A program made the translations under genes and the position numbers. Positions 9,870 to 20,258 of a stretch of DNA of 64,000 bases are shown here, in pieces. Position 1 is the stretch's first letter. Every line of letters begins with the position of its first letter. The notes under the pieces are model-generated. The model was not told the DNA's origin, searched no databases, and was given only the letters and a program-made list of their open reading frames with translations. The stretch covers positions 75,228-139,227 of the forward strand of contig JAAXKQ010000010.1 of NCBI GenBank assembly GCA_025612245.1, in the 5' to 3' direction. Source of the DNA: Ignavibacteria bacterium. Its GTDB lineage: Bacteria > Bacteroidota > Ignavibacteria > Ignavibacteriales > SURF-24.

Positions 9870-10624
9870 AAGTTTTTACTGCCGTAATTCTCCTCTTCAT
9901 TATGTTTTCTTCATTTAATGACGTTAGTTATGCCCAGGCCAAGACAATTCCTCTTCCCAAGATTGGAATTGACATTGGAACGGCCGACAGTCCGAAAGAC
10001 GTATCGGTTACAATGCAGATGCTGATACTACTGACCGTGCTTTCGCTTGCGCCTTCGATACTGATTATGACGACCTCGTATCTGAGGCTGATAGTGGTGT
10101 TTCATTTTTTAAAGACGGCACTTGGCACGCAGCAGATGCCGCCTTCGCAGATGCTGGCAGGGGTGGCGCTTTTTATAACGTTTTTTATTATGGCGCCAAC
10201 GTGGACCAAAGTAAACGACCAGGCAATTAAGCCGTATATGGATGGGAAAATGACCATGGACGCTGCCTACGACAAGGGCATTGAGCCCATAAGGGAGTTC
10301 ATGTTCAGGAACGTGCGCGATGCGGATCTGGAGTTATTCTTAGGGTTATCGAACATGCCGCGTCCGAGAACCAGGCAGGATTTGCCGACATACGTACTGG
10401 TACCTGCATTTGCAATCAGTGAGCTGAGGGCGGGATTTATTATAGGATTTTTCCTGTTTATTCCATTTCTGATGGTGGACATGATTGTCTCAAGCGTCCT
10501 GATGTCCATGGGCATGATGATGCTTCCGCCAATGCTGGTATCTCTGCCATTTAAGATACTGCTGTTCATACTGGTGGACGGCTGGAATTTAATTATCGGA
10601 TCTGTAGTAAGGAGTTTCGGGTAA
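9866..10624 (+). CDS. fliP: Flagellar export protein FliP
   Basis: LTVLSLAPSILIMTTS, ALGTQQMPP, MGMMMLPP, LPFKILLFILVDGW. Confidence 0.97.
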   Translation: MKVFTAVILLFIMFSSFNDVSYAQAKTIPLPKIGIDIGTADSPKDVSVTMQMLILLTVLSLAPSILIMTTSYLRLIVVFHFLKTALGTQQMPPSQMLAGVALFITFFIMAPTWTKVNDQAIKPYMDGKMTMDAAYDKGIEPIREFMFRNVRDADLELFLGLSNMPRPRTRQDLPTYVLVPAFAISELRAGFIIGFFLFIPFLMVDMIVSSVLMSMGMMMLPPMLVSLPFKILLFILVDGWNLIIGSVVRSFG

Positions 10625-10893
10625 TGACAGAAGAACTGATAGTAGAAGTACTGACTGACGTATTTTACACTACATTTATAATATTGCTGCCGATTCTGGG
10701 CATTTCGCTCTTAGTGGGTATATTTATTTCTATTTTTCAGGCAGCCACCTCAATTCAGGAGGCGACGCTGACGTTTGTTCCAAAGATACTCATTACGGCT
10801 ATTGCGATAATATTACTGCTTCCGTGGATGATGGACAAAATGATAGCAATTACGCTCAGGCTGGTCAACATGTTCAGTACAGTGGTAAAATGA
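10624..10893 (+). CDS. fliQ: Flagellar export protein FliQ
   Basis: SIFQAATSIQEATLTFVPK. Confidence 0.95.
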   Translation: MTEELIVEVLTDVFYTTFIILLPILGISLLVGIFISIFQAATSIQEATLTFVPKILITAIAIILLLPWMMDKMIAITLRLVNMFSTVVK

Positions 10894-11666
10894 CGAATAT
10901 ACTGGTAAATGACTTTGTAATCACTTTTTTAATTTTTCTCAGGGTAATTGCGGTCCTTGGGACGGCCCCAATTTTCGGGCATCAGTCGGTTCCGGCCATA
11001 GCAAAAGTTTTTCTGGCAGGGATAATTGCGTATATAACGTTTTTGACGTTAAACACGGCAAAAATACAGGTAGAGCCCGATTTCTTTTCCATGGCTTTCT
11101 ATGGGCTTAAGGAAATAATAACGGGACTCATAATAGGCTTCAGCTTAAACCTGATTTTCTACGGGTTTTCCTTTGCCGGAATGCTTATAGGAAACGACAT
11201 GGGTCTTAACATGGCCAGCGCGCTTAATCCACTTCAGGAGACCGAAAGTGACGTCATTGGCCAGGTAATAAACGTATTTGCAATTCTTATTTTCTTTTTA
11301 ATTGACGGGCATCATTACATCATAAGGGCCGTAGTTTCCTCCTTCAGGGTTATTCCCCTCGGGAAATACACGCTCACGCAGCCGGCCTTTGACATTTTCA
11401 TCAGGTATACCGGGGCCGTTTTTGTAATTGCAGTTAAGATTGCGTCACCCGTTATGGTTTCGTTTTTTCTTGTTCATCTGGCAGAAGGCATCATAGCCAG
11501 GGTAATACCGCAGATGCCTATTTTCTTTGTTACACAGCCATTGAAACTTGGTCTTGGTTTTCTGCTGCTGGTCTTCATTCTGCCCATTTACATGTATTTT
11601 TTCAAGGGAATGCTGGCAAGCTATGAGAACAGCCTATATGACCTGATAAAAGCAATGGGAAGCTAA
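10890..11666 (+). CDS. fliR: Flagellar export protein FliR (start moved to ATG 10890, overlapping the fliQ stop)
   Basis: FLRV...APIFG, DGHH, RVIPQMPIFF..PLK. Confidence 0.93.
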   Translation: MTNILVNDFVITFLIFLRVIAVLGTAPIFGHQSVPAIAKVFLAGIIAYITFLTLNTAKIQVEPDFFSMAFYGLKEIITGLIIGFSLNLIFYGFSFAGMLIGNDMGLNMASALNPLQETESDVIGQVINVFAILIFFLIDGHHYIIRAVVSSFRVIPLGKYTLTQPAFDIFIRYTGAVFVIAVKIASPVMVSFFLVHLAEGIIARVIPQMPIFFVTQPLKLGLGFLLLVFILPIYMYFFKGMLASYENSLYDLIKAMGS

Positions 11667-11687
11667 GAGAGAGAGTAAAGGGGAAGA

Positions 11688-12773
11688 ATGGCTGAAGCAG
11701 ACGGACAGGAAAAAACCGAGCAAGCGACCAGTAAGAAGCTCAGTGATACAAGAGCCAAAGGGCAGGTTGCAAGAAGCATTGAAATCAATTCCTTTGCCGT
11801 ATTTACCGCGGGATTTCTGCTCGTGTACTTAACGCAGAAGTATCTTGGTGAAAATATCAGGCACATGACAGTAAGCGTATTCAGCGACCTGGACAAGCTG
11901 ACGCTTGAGAAAGACCAGATAGCCGATTACGCCTACAGAGGGATCAGCTTTTTTATCCTTACTTTAGGGCCTATCTTAGGGGGGCTGGTTTTAGTATCGA
12001 TAATTGCGAGCTACGGGCAGACGGGTTTCAGGTTCAGTGCTAAGGCCCTGGCGCCGAAGTTTTCCAAGTTTAATCCCTTGTCTAACATTAAGGGGATATT
12101 TTTTTCCTCAAGGTCACTGGTTGAAGTAGGAAAGTCGATACTGAAGCTGGTTATAATAGGAGCATTTACATACTGGGTTCTTCAGGATTTTATACTGACT
12201 GCCATAGGGCTGGTAAATTACCAGATTGACGATCTGGTAACGTTCATGGTTGAAGCGGCATATACGCTTCTGTGGAAAATATCGCTCTGTTTTGCAATTA
12301 TTGCGGCAGCGGACTTTGCATTCCAGAAGTACAAGTTCAGGCAGGATTTAATGATGACCAAGCAGGAAGTAAAGGAAGAAATGCGTGAGAGCGACGGCAA
12401 CCCGGAGATCAAGAGCAAGATACGGTCGATACAGATGAAGCAAGCCAGGGCAAGGATGATGAAAGAGCTGCCAAAGGCAGACGTAGTTATTACGAACCCT
12501 ACGCACTTTGCCGTTGCGCTAAAGTACGATCTGGGTAAAGATTCGGCTCCAAAGGTTATTGCAAAAGGCATGGATGAGCTAGCGCAGAGGATAAAGAAAG
12601 TTGCCACCGAGAACGGTGTACCGCTGCATGAGAACGTTGCACTTGCAAGAGCACTCTATAAAAGCTGCGAGGTTGGCGATGAGATACCCGCTGAATTGTT
12701 TAAGGCTGTAGCGCAGATACTGGCGTACATTTTCAAGGTTAAAAACGAAAAGAAAAAGAAGAGCATCGTCTGA
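11688..12773 (+). CDS. flhB: Flagellar export switch protein FlhB
   Basis: EKTE.AT.KK, MTKQEVKEE..ESDGNPEIK, NPTH autocleavage site. Confidence 0.97.
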   Translation: MAEADGQEKTEQATSKKLSDTRAKGQVARSIEINSFAVFTAGFLLVYLTQKYLGENIRHMTVSVFSDLDKLTLEKDQIADYAYRGISFFILTLGPILGGLVLVSIIASYGQTGFRFSAKALAPKFSKFNPLSNIKGIFFSSRSLVEVGKSILKLVIIGAFTYWVLQDFILTAIGLVNYQIDDLVTFMVEAAYTLLWKISLCFAIIAAADFAFQKYKFRQDLMMTKQEVKEEMRESDGNPEIKSKIRSIQMKQARARMMKELPKADVVITNPTHFAVALKYDLGKDSAPKVIAKGMDELAQRIKKVATENGVPLHENVALARALYKSCEVGDEIPAELFKAVAQILAYIFKVKNEKKKKSIV

Positions 12774-12776
12774 TAG

Positions 12777-14831
12777 ATGAACCGTTTTGGAAAAAATAGC
12801 GACATAATGCTGGCCTTCGGCCTGATCATGATACTTGGGCTCATGATCGTTCCTCTGCCTGCATTTATACTGGACTTCCTTCTGGCAGTAAGTATTACTT
12901 TTGCGGTGCTCATACTTATTGTTTCGCTATACATACAGTCGCCAACCGATATATCCGTATTTCCGGGGCTTTTACTTGTACTGACGCTTTTCCGGTTGTC
13001 GCTGAATATCAGTTCGACGCGTCTGGTTCTACTTGAAGGATATGCAGGCAAGGTAATTGAATCTTTCGGAACCTTTGTTGTTGGCGGGAACTATGTAGTC
13101 GGCTTTATAATATTCATCATTCTTGTGATCATTCAGTTTGTTGTAATTGTCAAAGGTTCCGGCAGAATCTCTGAAGTTGCGGCCCGTTTTACTTTGGACG
13201 CCATGCCGGGAAAGCAGATGGCAATTGATGCCGACTTAAATACCGGGCTTATTACGGAGGCGGAGGCAAGGGCAAGGCGCGAAGGCATTTCGCGTGAAGC
13301 GGAATTTTACGGAGCAATGGACGGTGCCAGCAAATTTGTAAAAGGAGACGCCGTAGCAGGGCTCGTCATTAACGGCATTAACATTGTGGGCGGTTTTATC
13401 ATTGGTGTTGCCCAAAGGGGTCTTTCACTTACCGACGCACTGCAGTCGTATACAATACTAACCATAGGTGACGGTCTGGTCTCCCAGATTCCGGCACTCC
13501 TGGTTTCGACGGCTGCCGGTCTGGTGGTTACAAAGAGTGCTGCCGGGACATCTCTGGACACGCAGATGAAGACGCAGTTATTTGCAAATCCAAGGGTACT
13601 AGGAACGGTTTCAGGCGCTGTTTTTCTGTTTGCAATAGTGCCGGGCATGCCGACCATTCCTTTTCTTTTAATTGGCTCCGGTCTTGCGGCAGGAGCATAC
13701 TTTACAAAGAAGAGTCAGGCCAGCAAGGCTCTGCTTCCGACAGAAGCTCCGGAAGAGATTGTTGCCGAGCCGGCAGAGGACAAAGTTGAGCAGTACCTCC
13801 AAGTGGATCCTATTGAAGTTGAAATAGGTTACGGGCTCATTTCACTTGTTGATGAGAACCAGGGAGGCAACCTGTTCCAGAAGATATCTTCCACAAGGAA
13901 ATACATTGCGCTTGAATACGGCGTTTTAATTCCGCCTGTAAGGGTAAGGGACAATCTGCAGCTTAACCCGAACGAATACATAATAAAAATCAAAGGCAAC
14001 GTAGTATCGGCATACGAGATATATACGGACCACTTCCTGGCTATGAATCCCGGCAACGTAACGGAAGGCTTAAGCGGAATACCGACGCAGGATCCAGCAT
14101 TCAACCTGGACGGGTTCTGGATCTCGAAGCAGGAAAAAGACAAAGCCGAGCTGCTGGGCTACACGGTTGTTGACAGCATTTCCGTTCTTTCGACGCATCT
14201 TCAGGAGACACTGAAGAAGAACTTCGACAAGATACTCACGCGTCAGGCGGTTAAGACGCTGCTTGAGAACCTAAAGAAAGATTATCCCGCGGTTATTGAG
14301 GACATAAATCCGGATCTATTGCCTTTGGGCACGATACAGAAAGTGCTGCAGAATCTCTTAAAGGAACTAATTCCGATAAAAGACCTTGTACAGATTCTGG
14401 AATCTCTTATTGATTACTGCAAGGTGACAAAAAATATTGACGTGCTTACCGAATATGTGCGTCATTCACTGGGGTACACAATCTCAAACATGTATAAAGA
14501 TCCCAACGGCATAATACACGCACTGGCCCTGGGCAATCAGCTTGAAAGCTTTATTACGAAAGCCCTTCAGAACCAGAAGGAAGCCGTTCAAACGCTGGGG
14601 CTTTCCTCAAAGATGCTGAATGATGTGAGTGAATCGTTAAAAGGGCACATGCAGAATTTCAGGATGCTTGGATACGCGCCTGTAATAATTACATCGGCAA
14701 CAATCAGACCTTATTTCTACAGACTAATAAATTCAAGTTTCCCGGACATTGCAATTCTTTCCTATACGGAGCTACCTTCGGATACGGAAGTTGAATTCAT
14801 TGGGAAATTAGAGGTTGAATATGCAAATTAA
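12777..14831 (+). CDS. flhA: Flagellar export gate protein FlhA
   Basis: RISEVAARFTLDAMPGKQMAIDADL, FYGAMDGASKFVKGDA, IGDGLVSQIPAL. Confidence 0.97.
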   Translation: MNRFGKNSDIMLAFGLIMILGLMIVPLPAFILDFLLAVSITFAVLILIVSLYIQSPTDISVFPGLLLVLTLFRLSLNISSTRLVLLEGYAGKVIESFGTFVVGGNYVVGFIIFIILVIIQFVVIVKGSGRISEVAARFTLDAMPGKQMAIDADLNTGLITEAEARARREGISREAEFYGAMDGASKFVKGDAVAGLVINGINIVGGFIIGVAQRGLSLTDALQSYTILTIGDGLVSQIPALLVSTAAGLVVTKSAAGTSLDTQMKTQLFANPRVLGTVSGAVFLFAIVPGMPTIPFLLIGSGLAAGAYFTKKSQASKALLPTEAPEEIVAEPAEDKVEQYLQVDPIEVEIGYGLISLVDENQGGNLFQKISSTRKYIALEYGVLIPPVRVRDNLQLNPNEYIIKIKGNVVSAYEIYTDHFLAMNPGNVTEGLSGIPTQDPAFNLDGFWISKQEKDKAELLGYTVVDSISVLSTHLQETLKKNFDKILTRQAVKTLLENLKKDYPAVIEDINPDLLPLGTIQKVLQNLLKELIPIKDLVQILESLIDYCKVTKNIDVLTEYVRHSLGYTISNMYKDPNGIIHALALGNQLESFITKALQNQKEAVQTLGLSSKMLNDVSESLKGHMQNFRMLGYAPVIITSATIRPYFYRLINSSFPDIAILSYTELPSDTEVEFIGKLEVEYAN

Positions 14832-16029
14832 AAAGTACATTGCGCTAACGCTTAAAGAAGCTTCTCAGCAGATGAAAAGCGAGCTGGGCAGTAACGCCAT
14901 AGTCCTCAGCACAAGGATAATTGAAGATGACCCGAGATACGGACGCAAAAGAGTTTTTGAACTGACGGCGGGTGTGGAAGACGACTACGACAAGTCGAGG
15001 GCTGAGAGTTCCAGGGCTGCCGGCGAACGCTCTCCAATGAAGAGCCAGAAGGCAGTTCCTAGTGTACCCTTAAAGCCGCAGCCCAAGCAGAGGACATTTG
15101 CAGATGAGCTAAAGGAGCTTTCGGAGAAAGTATACATGCCCCCGGAAAAAGAAGACATGCCCTTTGAGTTAAAGGCTCAGTTACTTAGCGCAAAGATGCC
15201 AGTACAAAAGCCTGCGGGGGTAAAGAAAAAGAAGGACACACTGGAGCGTGAGCTAAAGGAAATTTCGGACACGCTGATTGCAAGGGAAGTGCAAAAAAGC
15301 ATAGTGGACGTAATAATTGACCAGCTTGGCAAGTATACTGAATTTCTTCAGCCATCGAATATTGACAGCTATGTAATTTCAACGATCAGTTCCATGATAC
15401 CGACTTCAGCATTTGAAGTGCAGAAGAAGCAGAAGACAAAGGTAATTGCTCTTGTGGGTCCAACGGGAGTGGGGAAGACGACGTGCATAGCCAAGCTTGC
15501 GGTTATTTCCAAGATACTGCACAACCTTAACATAGGGCTAATTTCGCTCGACACATTCCGTCTGGGTGCAATAGACCAGCTGAAGATATTTTCCGAGATC
15601 AGCAACATTGAAATGAGGGTAGCCTACGAGCCCTCGGAAATACCGGGACTGATAGCAGAATTCAGGAAAAAGGACATTGTATTTATAGACACCGCGGGCA
15701 GGAGCCAGAACAATGCCAGCCTGCTCAAGGAAACAAACAGATTTTTGTCCAACACAAAGGTGGATGAGATCTACCTTGTGCTGAGCACTACAAGCACAAC
15801 GAAGAACATTCTTGACGTTGCGCAGAAGTTCAAGGTGTTGAACTATAACGGAGTTGTATTCACAAAGCTCGACGAAGCGGTTTCATTCGGCAACATACTG
15901 AACGTAACGGCTAACTTTAACGTACCGGTAAAGTACCTTACAAACGGGCAGATAATTCCGGACGATATAATTGCAGCAGACCCGCAGTTCATAGCAAACA
16001 TGATCTATACAGGGAAGATCAGCAAATGA
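14821..16029 (+). CDS. flhF: SRP-family GTPase FlhF
   Basis: GPTGVGKTT, DTFRLGA, DTAGRS, TKLDE, TNGQ; ATG at 14821. Confidence 0.95.
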   Translation: MQIKKYIALTLKEASQQMKSELGSNAIVLSTRIIEDDPRYGRKRVFELTAGVEDDYDKSRAESSRAAGERSPMKSQKAVPSVPLKPQPKQRTFADELKELSEKVYMPPEKEDMPFELKAQLLSAKMPVQKPAGVKKKKDTLERELKEISDTLIAREVQKSIVDVIIDQLGKYTEFLQPSNIDSYVISTISSMIPTSAFEVQKKQKTKVIALVGPTGVGKTTCIAKLAVISKILHNLNIGLISLDTFRLGAIDQLKIFSEISNIEMRVAYEPSEIPGLIAEFRKKDIVFIDTAGRSQNNASLLKETNRFLSNTKVDEIYLVLSTTSTTKNILDVAQKFKVLNYNGVVFTKLDEAVSFGNILNVTANFNVPVKYLTNGQIIPDDIIAADPQFIANMIYTGKISK

Positions 16030-16865
16030 TCGGACAGACAGAAAGATTACTTGAGCTCAACCGGCTGAAGGCGCAGGAGAAGAAGCCCGAAGGGAGGGGA
16101 AGGATTATTTCCTTCAGCTCCGGCAAAGGGGGGACGGGTAAGACCTTTATTTCGCTTAATACGGCCTATGCGCTTTCAAGAATGGGGAATAAGGTTCTTC
16201 TGATAGACCTGGATTCCAATCTTTCGAACATAAACATTATGCTGAATATGAGGCCTCAGAAGACAATACTGGATTTTCTCCTTCAGAAGAGCGCCTTAAG
16301 GGATCTTATTACGCATTATGAGCCAAGCCTGCATTTTATATTCGGGGAATCGGGCAAGGCAGACTATCCGCTGCAAAGTGACCACCTGCTGGATTATCTT
16401 GCAGAAGAGATTAAGGAGCTGTGCCGCGATTATGATTATATAATTTTAGACATTGGTGCCGGCGCGGGTGACGAGATAATACACATACTCGGGCAGGTTC
16501 ACGCAAACATTATTGTGCTGAACGCAGAGCCAACGGCAATTATGGATGCTTATGTAATTGTTAAGCTCATGCATATGAGCGGTTCCGCAACGCCGAACTT
16601 TGCGGTTATAAACAAATGCTTTTCCGAAGAGGAAGCCACAACGGCTTACACCAACCTCAGCAAGGCGGCTGAGCACTTTCTGAAGGAAGAAGTTTTTTCG
16701 CTTGGTTTTATAGGGCACGACCAGATGGTGACAAAAGCCATAATGGCGCAGGAACTTTACATAAGAAAAAATCCCCGTTCCAAGACTTCGCTTCAGATAA
16801 TAAAACTTGCGCAGGGAATCGTTCAGAAATTCAGGCAGGGACAAGTAAAAGCATCGGGCATATAG
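16026..16865 (+). CDS. flhG: MinD/ParA-family ATPase FlhG (FleN)
   Basis: SGKGGTGKT deviant Walker A, EPTAIMDAY; follows flhF. Confidence 0.9.
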   Translation: MIGQTERLLELNRLKAQEKKPEGRGRIISFSSGKGGTGKTFISLNTAYALSRMGNKVLLIDLDSNLSNINIMLNMRPQKTILDFLLQKSALRDLITHYEPSLHFIFGESGKADYPLQSDHLLDYLAEEIKELCRDYDYIILDIGAGAGDEIIHILGQVHANIIVLNAEPTAIMDAYVIVKLMHMSGSATPNFAVINKCFSEEEATTAYTNLSKAAEHFLKEEVFSLGFIGHDQMVTKAIMAQELYIRKNPRSKTSLQIIKLAQGIVQKFRQGQVKASGI

Positions 16866-16898
16866 TCTGGAGCTTTTCAGCTTATCCCTTCCGAACTA

Positions 16899-18341
16899 TT
16901 ATTTTTTCGCAAAATCCCACGTATCGGACCCATCGGACATTCCCCATTGCACTGCAAGGTTTCCAACAGTTCTTCCGTTTTCGAGTCCCATATCGCTATC
17001 GAACCTATAATGGATTCCGCCATAGAGCCTGGAGACTGCGGCCTCTTCTGCCATTGCATTAAACTCAGAAGCCCTTTCGGGGAAGAGATAACCAAGGACA
17101 GTACTGGCAGCTCCTGAAAAGCTGGAATGCCCGGAAGTATAGGATGGGAAGTTGGGCAGTCCCACGGGCGTAGTAATAGTAGTATCGACCTGAGAGGGTC
17201 TAATGTACCAGAATTTATACTTTGCGTCCCAGCAGCAGATACCGGCATCCATGATTGCCATGTTCATGAGAGTCAGGGCCCTAGCGGTTCTTAGTTCGCT
17301 CATATTGAGGGTTTTGATGTAGTTGCCGGCAATTTCATTCCAGTGTCCCGGGGGTGTAGCCGTTCCGGCGCCGTCGGACCAGAAGTTTGCAATTCTAAGT
17401 TGTTCGGCAGTCCTGTTATCGGAGATATTTTTCACTTCGGCAAGAGCCGTCTTAAAAGCCTGAGAGCCGAAGACAGGCGGGGGTGTCATAGGCGGAAGTG
17501 ATGTCATAAGCCAGGGTCTAACCTTGCCCCACATTGGAAGCAAGGGATTTTGCGGAGGGTTCATACTGCTGAACCAGCAGCCGTCAAAATGAGGAACAGT
17601 GCCCGTCCATACGGCGTCGTGTCCGTCGGTCATAGCGTATTTAATAAAGACGTCTGCAATTATAGCTCCAAGTGTATCTCCTGCCGAAATGTCGCTTGGG
17701 AAATATTTGTCGGTATAGAGTTGAGAACTTAATTCCTGTCCTGCCCAGTAGTTAATGCTGTCGGCGTCTTTAGGGAAGAGGTAAGACAAGACGCGTCTGG
17801 ATACAGAAGCAATTACGGCCTGTTCGCAGGGGTAGCAGGGTTCGGAAGAGGATCCAGAGGGGGATTCCCTAAGATATATATTCTTATTGTACCATGCGGC
17901 AATCAGGGCGTCGTACTGGGAGACGCTTAAAAGGGCGTAAGCACGGGAAGCCAAGGGCGGGTTAGTGCTGTTTTTGATTACCAGGTGGCGTGCGATTTCA
18001 TTCCAGCGGATTATGGCCAGTCCATCCCAGTATTTAATGGTATTTATCACATTCAGAGATTTCCTCAGCTGAAGGGAGCGCAGCAGATTAAGCTCCTTCA
18101 TGGCCTGCAATGAATTCTTCTGCGGCGGGGGAGGCAGCAAGTAAGCAGAGCCTGAAGGGATAAGGACAGTTTTCCAGGTGCCGCCGTGCAATTGGCTGCC
18201 AGTTTTAGGATTAGCGGTCTCAAGCGGAGAATTGGGTTTATCGCTGCAGCCCACTGCAAAGATAACAAGAGCCGATAAGAACAGAACAAGAATGAGGCCG
18301 TGTAAAGCTAAAATGTTAAAAGTTTTTTCATGCGTTTTCAT
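16899..18341 (-). CDS. Vanadium haloperoxidase/PAP2-superfamily protein, probably a lipoprotein
   Basis: AVGC lipobox-like, K...W.IRP, PNFPSYTSGHS, SRLYGGIHYRFD; ATG 18341 has an AAAGGA RBS. Confidence 0.85.
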   Translation of the reverse strand: MKTHEKTFNILALHGLILVLFLSALVIFAVGCSDKPNSPLETANPKTGSQLHGGTWKTVLIPSGSAYLLPPPPQKNSLQAMKELNLLRSLQLRKSLNVINTIKYWDGLAIIRWNEIARHLVIKNSTNPPLASRAYALLSVSQYDALIAAWYNKNIYLRESPSGSSSEPCYPCEQAVIASVSRRVLSYLFPKDADSINYWAGQELSSQLYTDKYFPSDISAGDTLGAIIADVFIKYAMTDGHDAVWTGTVPHFDGCWFSSMNPPQNPLLPMWGKVRPWLMTSLPPMTPPPVFGSQAFKTALAEVKNISDNRTAEQLRIANFWSDGAGTATPPGHWNEIAGNYIKTLNMSELRTARALTLMNMAIMDAGICCWDAKYKFWYIRPSQVDTTITTPVGLPNFPSYTSGHSSFSGAASTVLGYLFPERASEFNAMAEEAAVSRLYGGIHYRFDSDMGLENGRTVGNLAVQWGMSDGSDTWDFAKK

Positions 18342-18511
18342 TCCTTTCTCACGATTATTGAACAAATTAACTTTCTTTACAGTCTTGGGGAATAATACGT
18401 TTCCCGGAAGCTGTTTCCACGTTTAATTTATGAAGTCCCGGGGATAATAATAAGGATGAAATCGGGTGCAGGGGGTACGGAAAATAATGCATAATCCGGA
18501 AGGAACTTTAA

Positions 18512-18975
18512 AGGGGAGGGGAAGAGAAGTTTTAAGTTTTGAGTTTTAAGTTTTAAGTGGGGAAAAGGTTTAAGGGAGAGAGGTTCAAAGTTCAAGGTTC
18601 TAGGTTCGAGGTTAAGGCAAAGGAGGAAGAATTTGGAGGGGTGTGAGCTTGGGGAGGCATGATTATATTGGTTCAGATATCTTAGAGATGGTTGTGGGAT
18701 TATTCGCCCACGGAGCTTGGGGGAGGCGTTGTTCTGCTGGTTTAGATTTTATGGGTGTGGGGATTTCATGGTCCCCGGGGGTTTCCGCATCCCTATCGGG
18801 ATTTGGTTGCCCCGGGCTATAGGCATGTCGCCCCTCATCGGGGCTCTTGTGGTGGATAGGGGGTTTTGTTTTCCGGGGGTTCCCGCATCCCTTCGGGATT
18901 TGTTCACCTCCGGCTACTGATGTTTCGCCCGCGCTGCGGGCTTAGTTAGTGCGTGATTATAATTTCTCTGCCTTC
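18512..18975 (+). repeat. Composite intergenic repeat mosaic, copy B
   Basis: 18512-18640 matches 2570-2700; two tandem CCGGGGGTT.CCGCATCCCT..CGGGATTTG modules at about 18773 and 18873 match 3060-3130. Confidence 0.85.
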
Positions 18976-19142
18976 ATGGACATCTCTTCCTTAACCTAAA
19001 CCCTTCTTTCTCTATCTTTGCCTTGCTCTCATTAAACCTTGAACCTTTTTCTCCATTCATAGTTCAATATTTATCCTTTTTATTCCTTGGCCTGACATTT
19101 GTGCTTCCTTAGAATAAGTTTCACCACAATGGGGAGTTTTCC

Positions 19143-19523
19143 TTGGGTCAGCAGCAAATGTTACTTATTGTCTTTGGCATTATAATAGTAGGACTGGCTG
19201 TCATTATGGGCATCAGTCTTTTCCACAGCAATTCCATGGATGCAAAGAGGAATAACGTAATTAACGAATCGGTTAACCTTTCGAGCATGGCGCAGCGTTA
19301 TTATGTACGTCCCGTGGAGACGGGGGGAGGCGGAAAAAGCTTTATTGGGTGGCAAATTCCGCCTGAACTACTTTTTACGGAGAACGGGCATTATTCGGCC
19401 ACGGTTTCCAGTTCGCAGGTTGTCATTCTGGGTACGGGCAACGAGGTGGTAACAGGTGCCGACTCGGTGAGAATTAAGACTACTGTGTATCCAAAGGATT
19501 ACAAGATAGAGCCGCTGAATTAG
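19143..19523 (+). CDS. Type IV pilin-like protein (minor/paralogue), TTG start
   Basis: MGQQQMLLIVFGIIIVGLAV hydrophobic helix; paralogous to 19757-20194 (AQ.YY.RP...GGG..SF.G). Confidence 0.7.
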   Translation: MGQQQMLLIVFGIIIVGLAVIMGISLFHSNSMDAKRNNVINESVNLSSMAQRYYVRPVETGGGGKSFIGWQIPPELLFTENGHYSATVSSSQVVILGTGNEVVTGADSVRIKTTVYPKDYKIEPLN

Positions 19524-19580
19524 TCGGCCCATGCGCGGAGTGTTTATAAATTACACGGGCAATACCGGCCATAAATAACA

Positions 19581-19614
19581 GGTAATAGTTACATAATTAC
19601 AGGTAAATATTACC
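19581..19614. promoter_or_regulatory. Putative enhancer (bEBP upstream activating) sites
   Basis: GGTAA-N3-TTAC(A/C) palindromes at 19581 and 19602, 21 bp apart, upstream of a sigma-54-like promoter. Confidence 0.45.
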
Positions 19615-19678
19615 GGGGCACTGTTTCTTTCTTACTGTTCCAGTTCTTTATAAGCCGAGTTTCCGGCTAATTTCATTC

Positions 19679-19695
19679 TGGCACGATAAGTGAAT
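19679..19695 (+). promoter_or_regulatory. Putative sigma-54 promoter of the major pilin gene
   Basis: TGGCAC-GATAA-GTGAAT. Confidence 0.6.
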
Positions 19696-19756
19696 GATAG
19701 GGTTAAAAGGCAATCTTAAACAAACAAAAATACTTTACATAATTTAGGAGTTATCA

Positions 19757-20194
19757 ATGGGTCAGCAACAATTACTTCTTATCGTTCTTGGCGTTATCAT
19801 AGTTGGAATCGCCGTTGTAGTAGGTATTAACCTTTTTAATTCAAGTTCAAAAGATGCAGGCCGTGACCAGGTTGTATCTAACCTGACAAACCTTGCTGCA
19901 AAGGCACAGCAGTTTTACAAGAAGCCTACCTCACTTGGCGGCGGGAATAATAACTTCCAGGGATTCTTCCTGGCTAAGACAGATACCGGCAGCTCAGTTG
20001 GAAGTTTCTCCGTTTCAGATGCAGCTCCTTCAGGCGTAGCTTATGTTGCAGGCAGCACGGATTCTGTAGGCACTTCCACACAGACTATCTATATTGTAGG
20101 CTGCGGTAAGGATAACGGAAACGACGGTACAAATCCTGTAAAGGCTTTCACTACTGTTACTCCAACTACAATTACCACTACAGTTCTGAACTAA
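19757..20194 (+). CDS. Probable major type IV pilin-like protein
   Basis: MGQQQLLLIVLGVIIVGIAVVVGI helix, strong AGGAG RBS, own promoter and terminator, directly upstream of pilC/pilB/pilT. Confidence 0.75.
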   Translation: MGQQQLLLIVLGVIIVGIAVVVGINLFNSSSKDAGRDQVVSNLTNLAAKAQQFYKKPTSLGGGNNNFQGFFLAKTDTGSSVGSFSVSDAAPSGVAYVAGSTDSVGTSTQTIYIVGCGKDNGNDGTNPVKAFTTVTPTTITTTVLN

Positions 20195-20219
20195 TAGATT
20201 TGCAAATGTTTTTTTTAAG

Positions 20220-20258
20220 ACTGCCTTAAAATTACGGTTTTAAGGCAGTTTTTTATTT
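20220..20258 (+). terminator. Rho-independent terminator after pilin
   Basis: ACTGCCTTAAAA-loop-TTTTAAGGCAGT then T-run. Confidence 0.8.
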
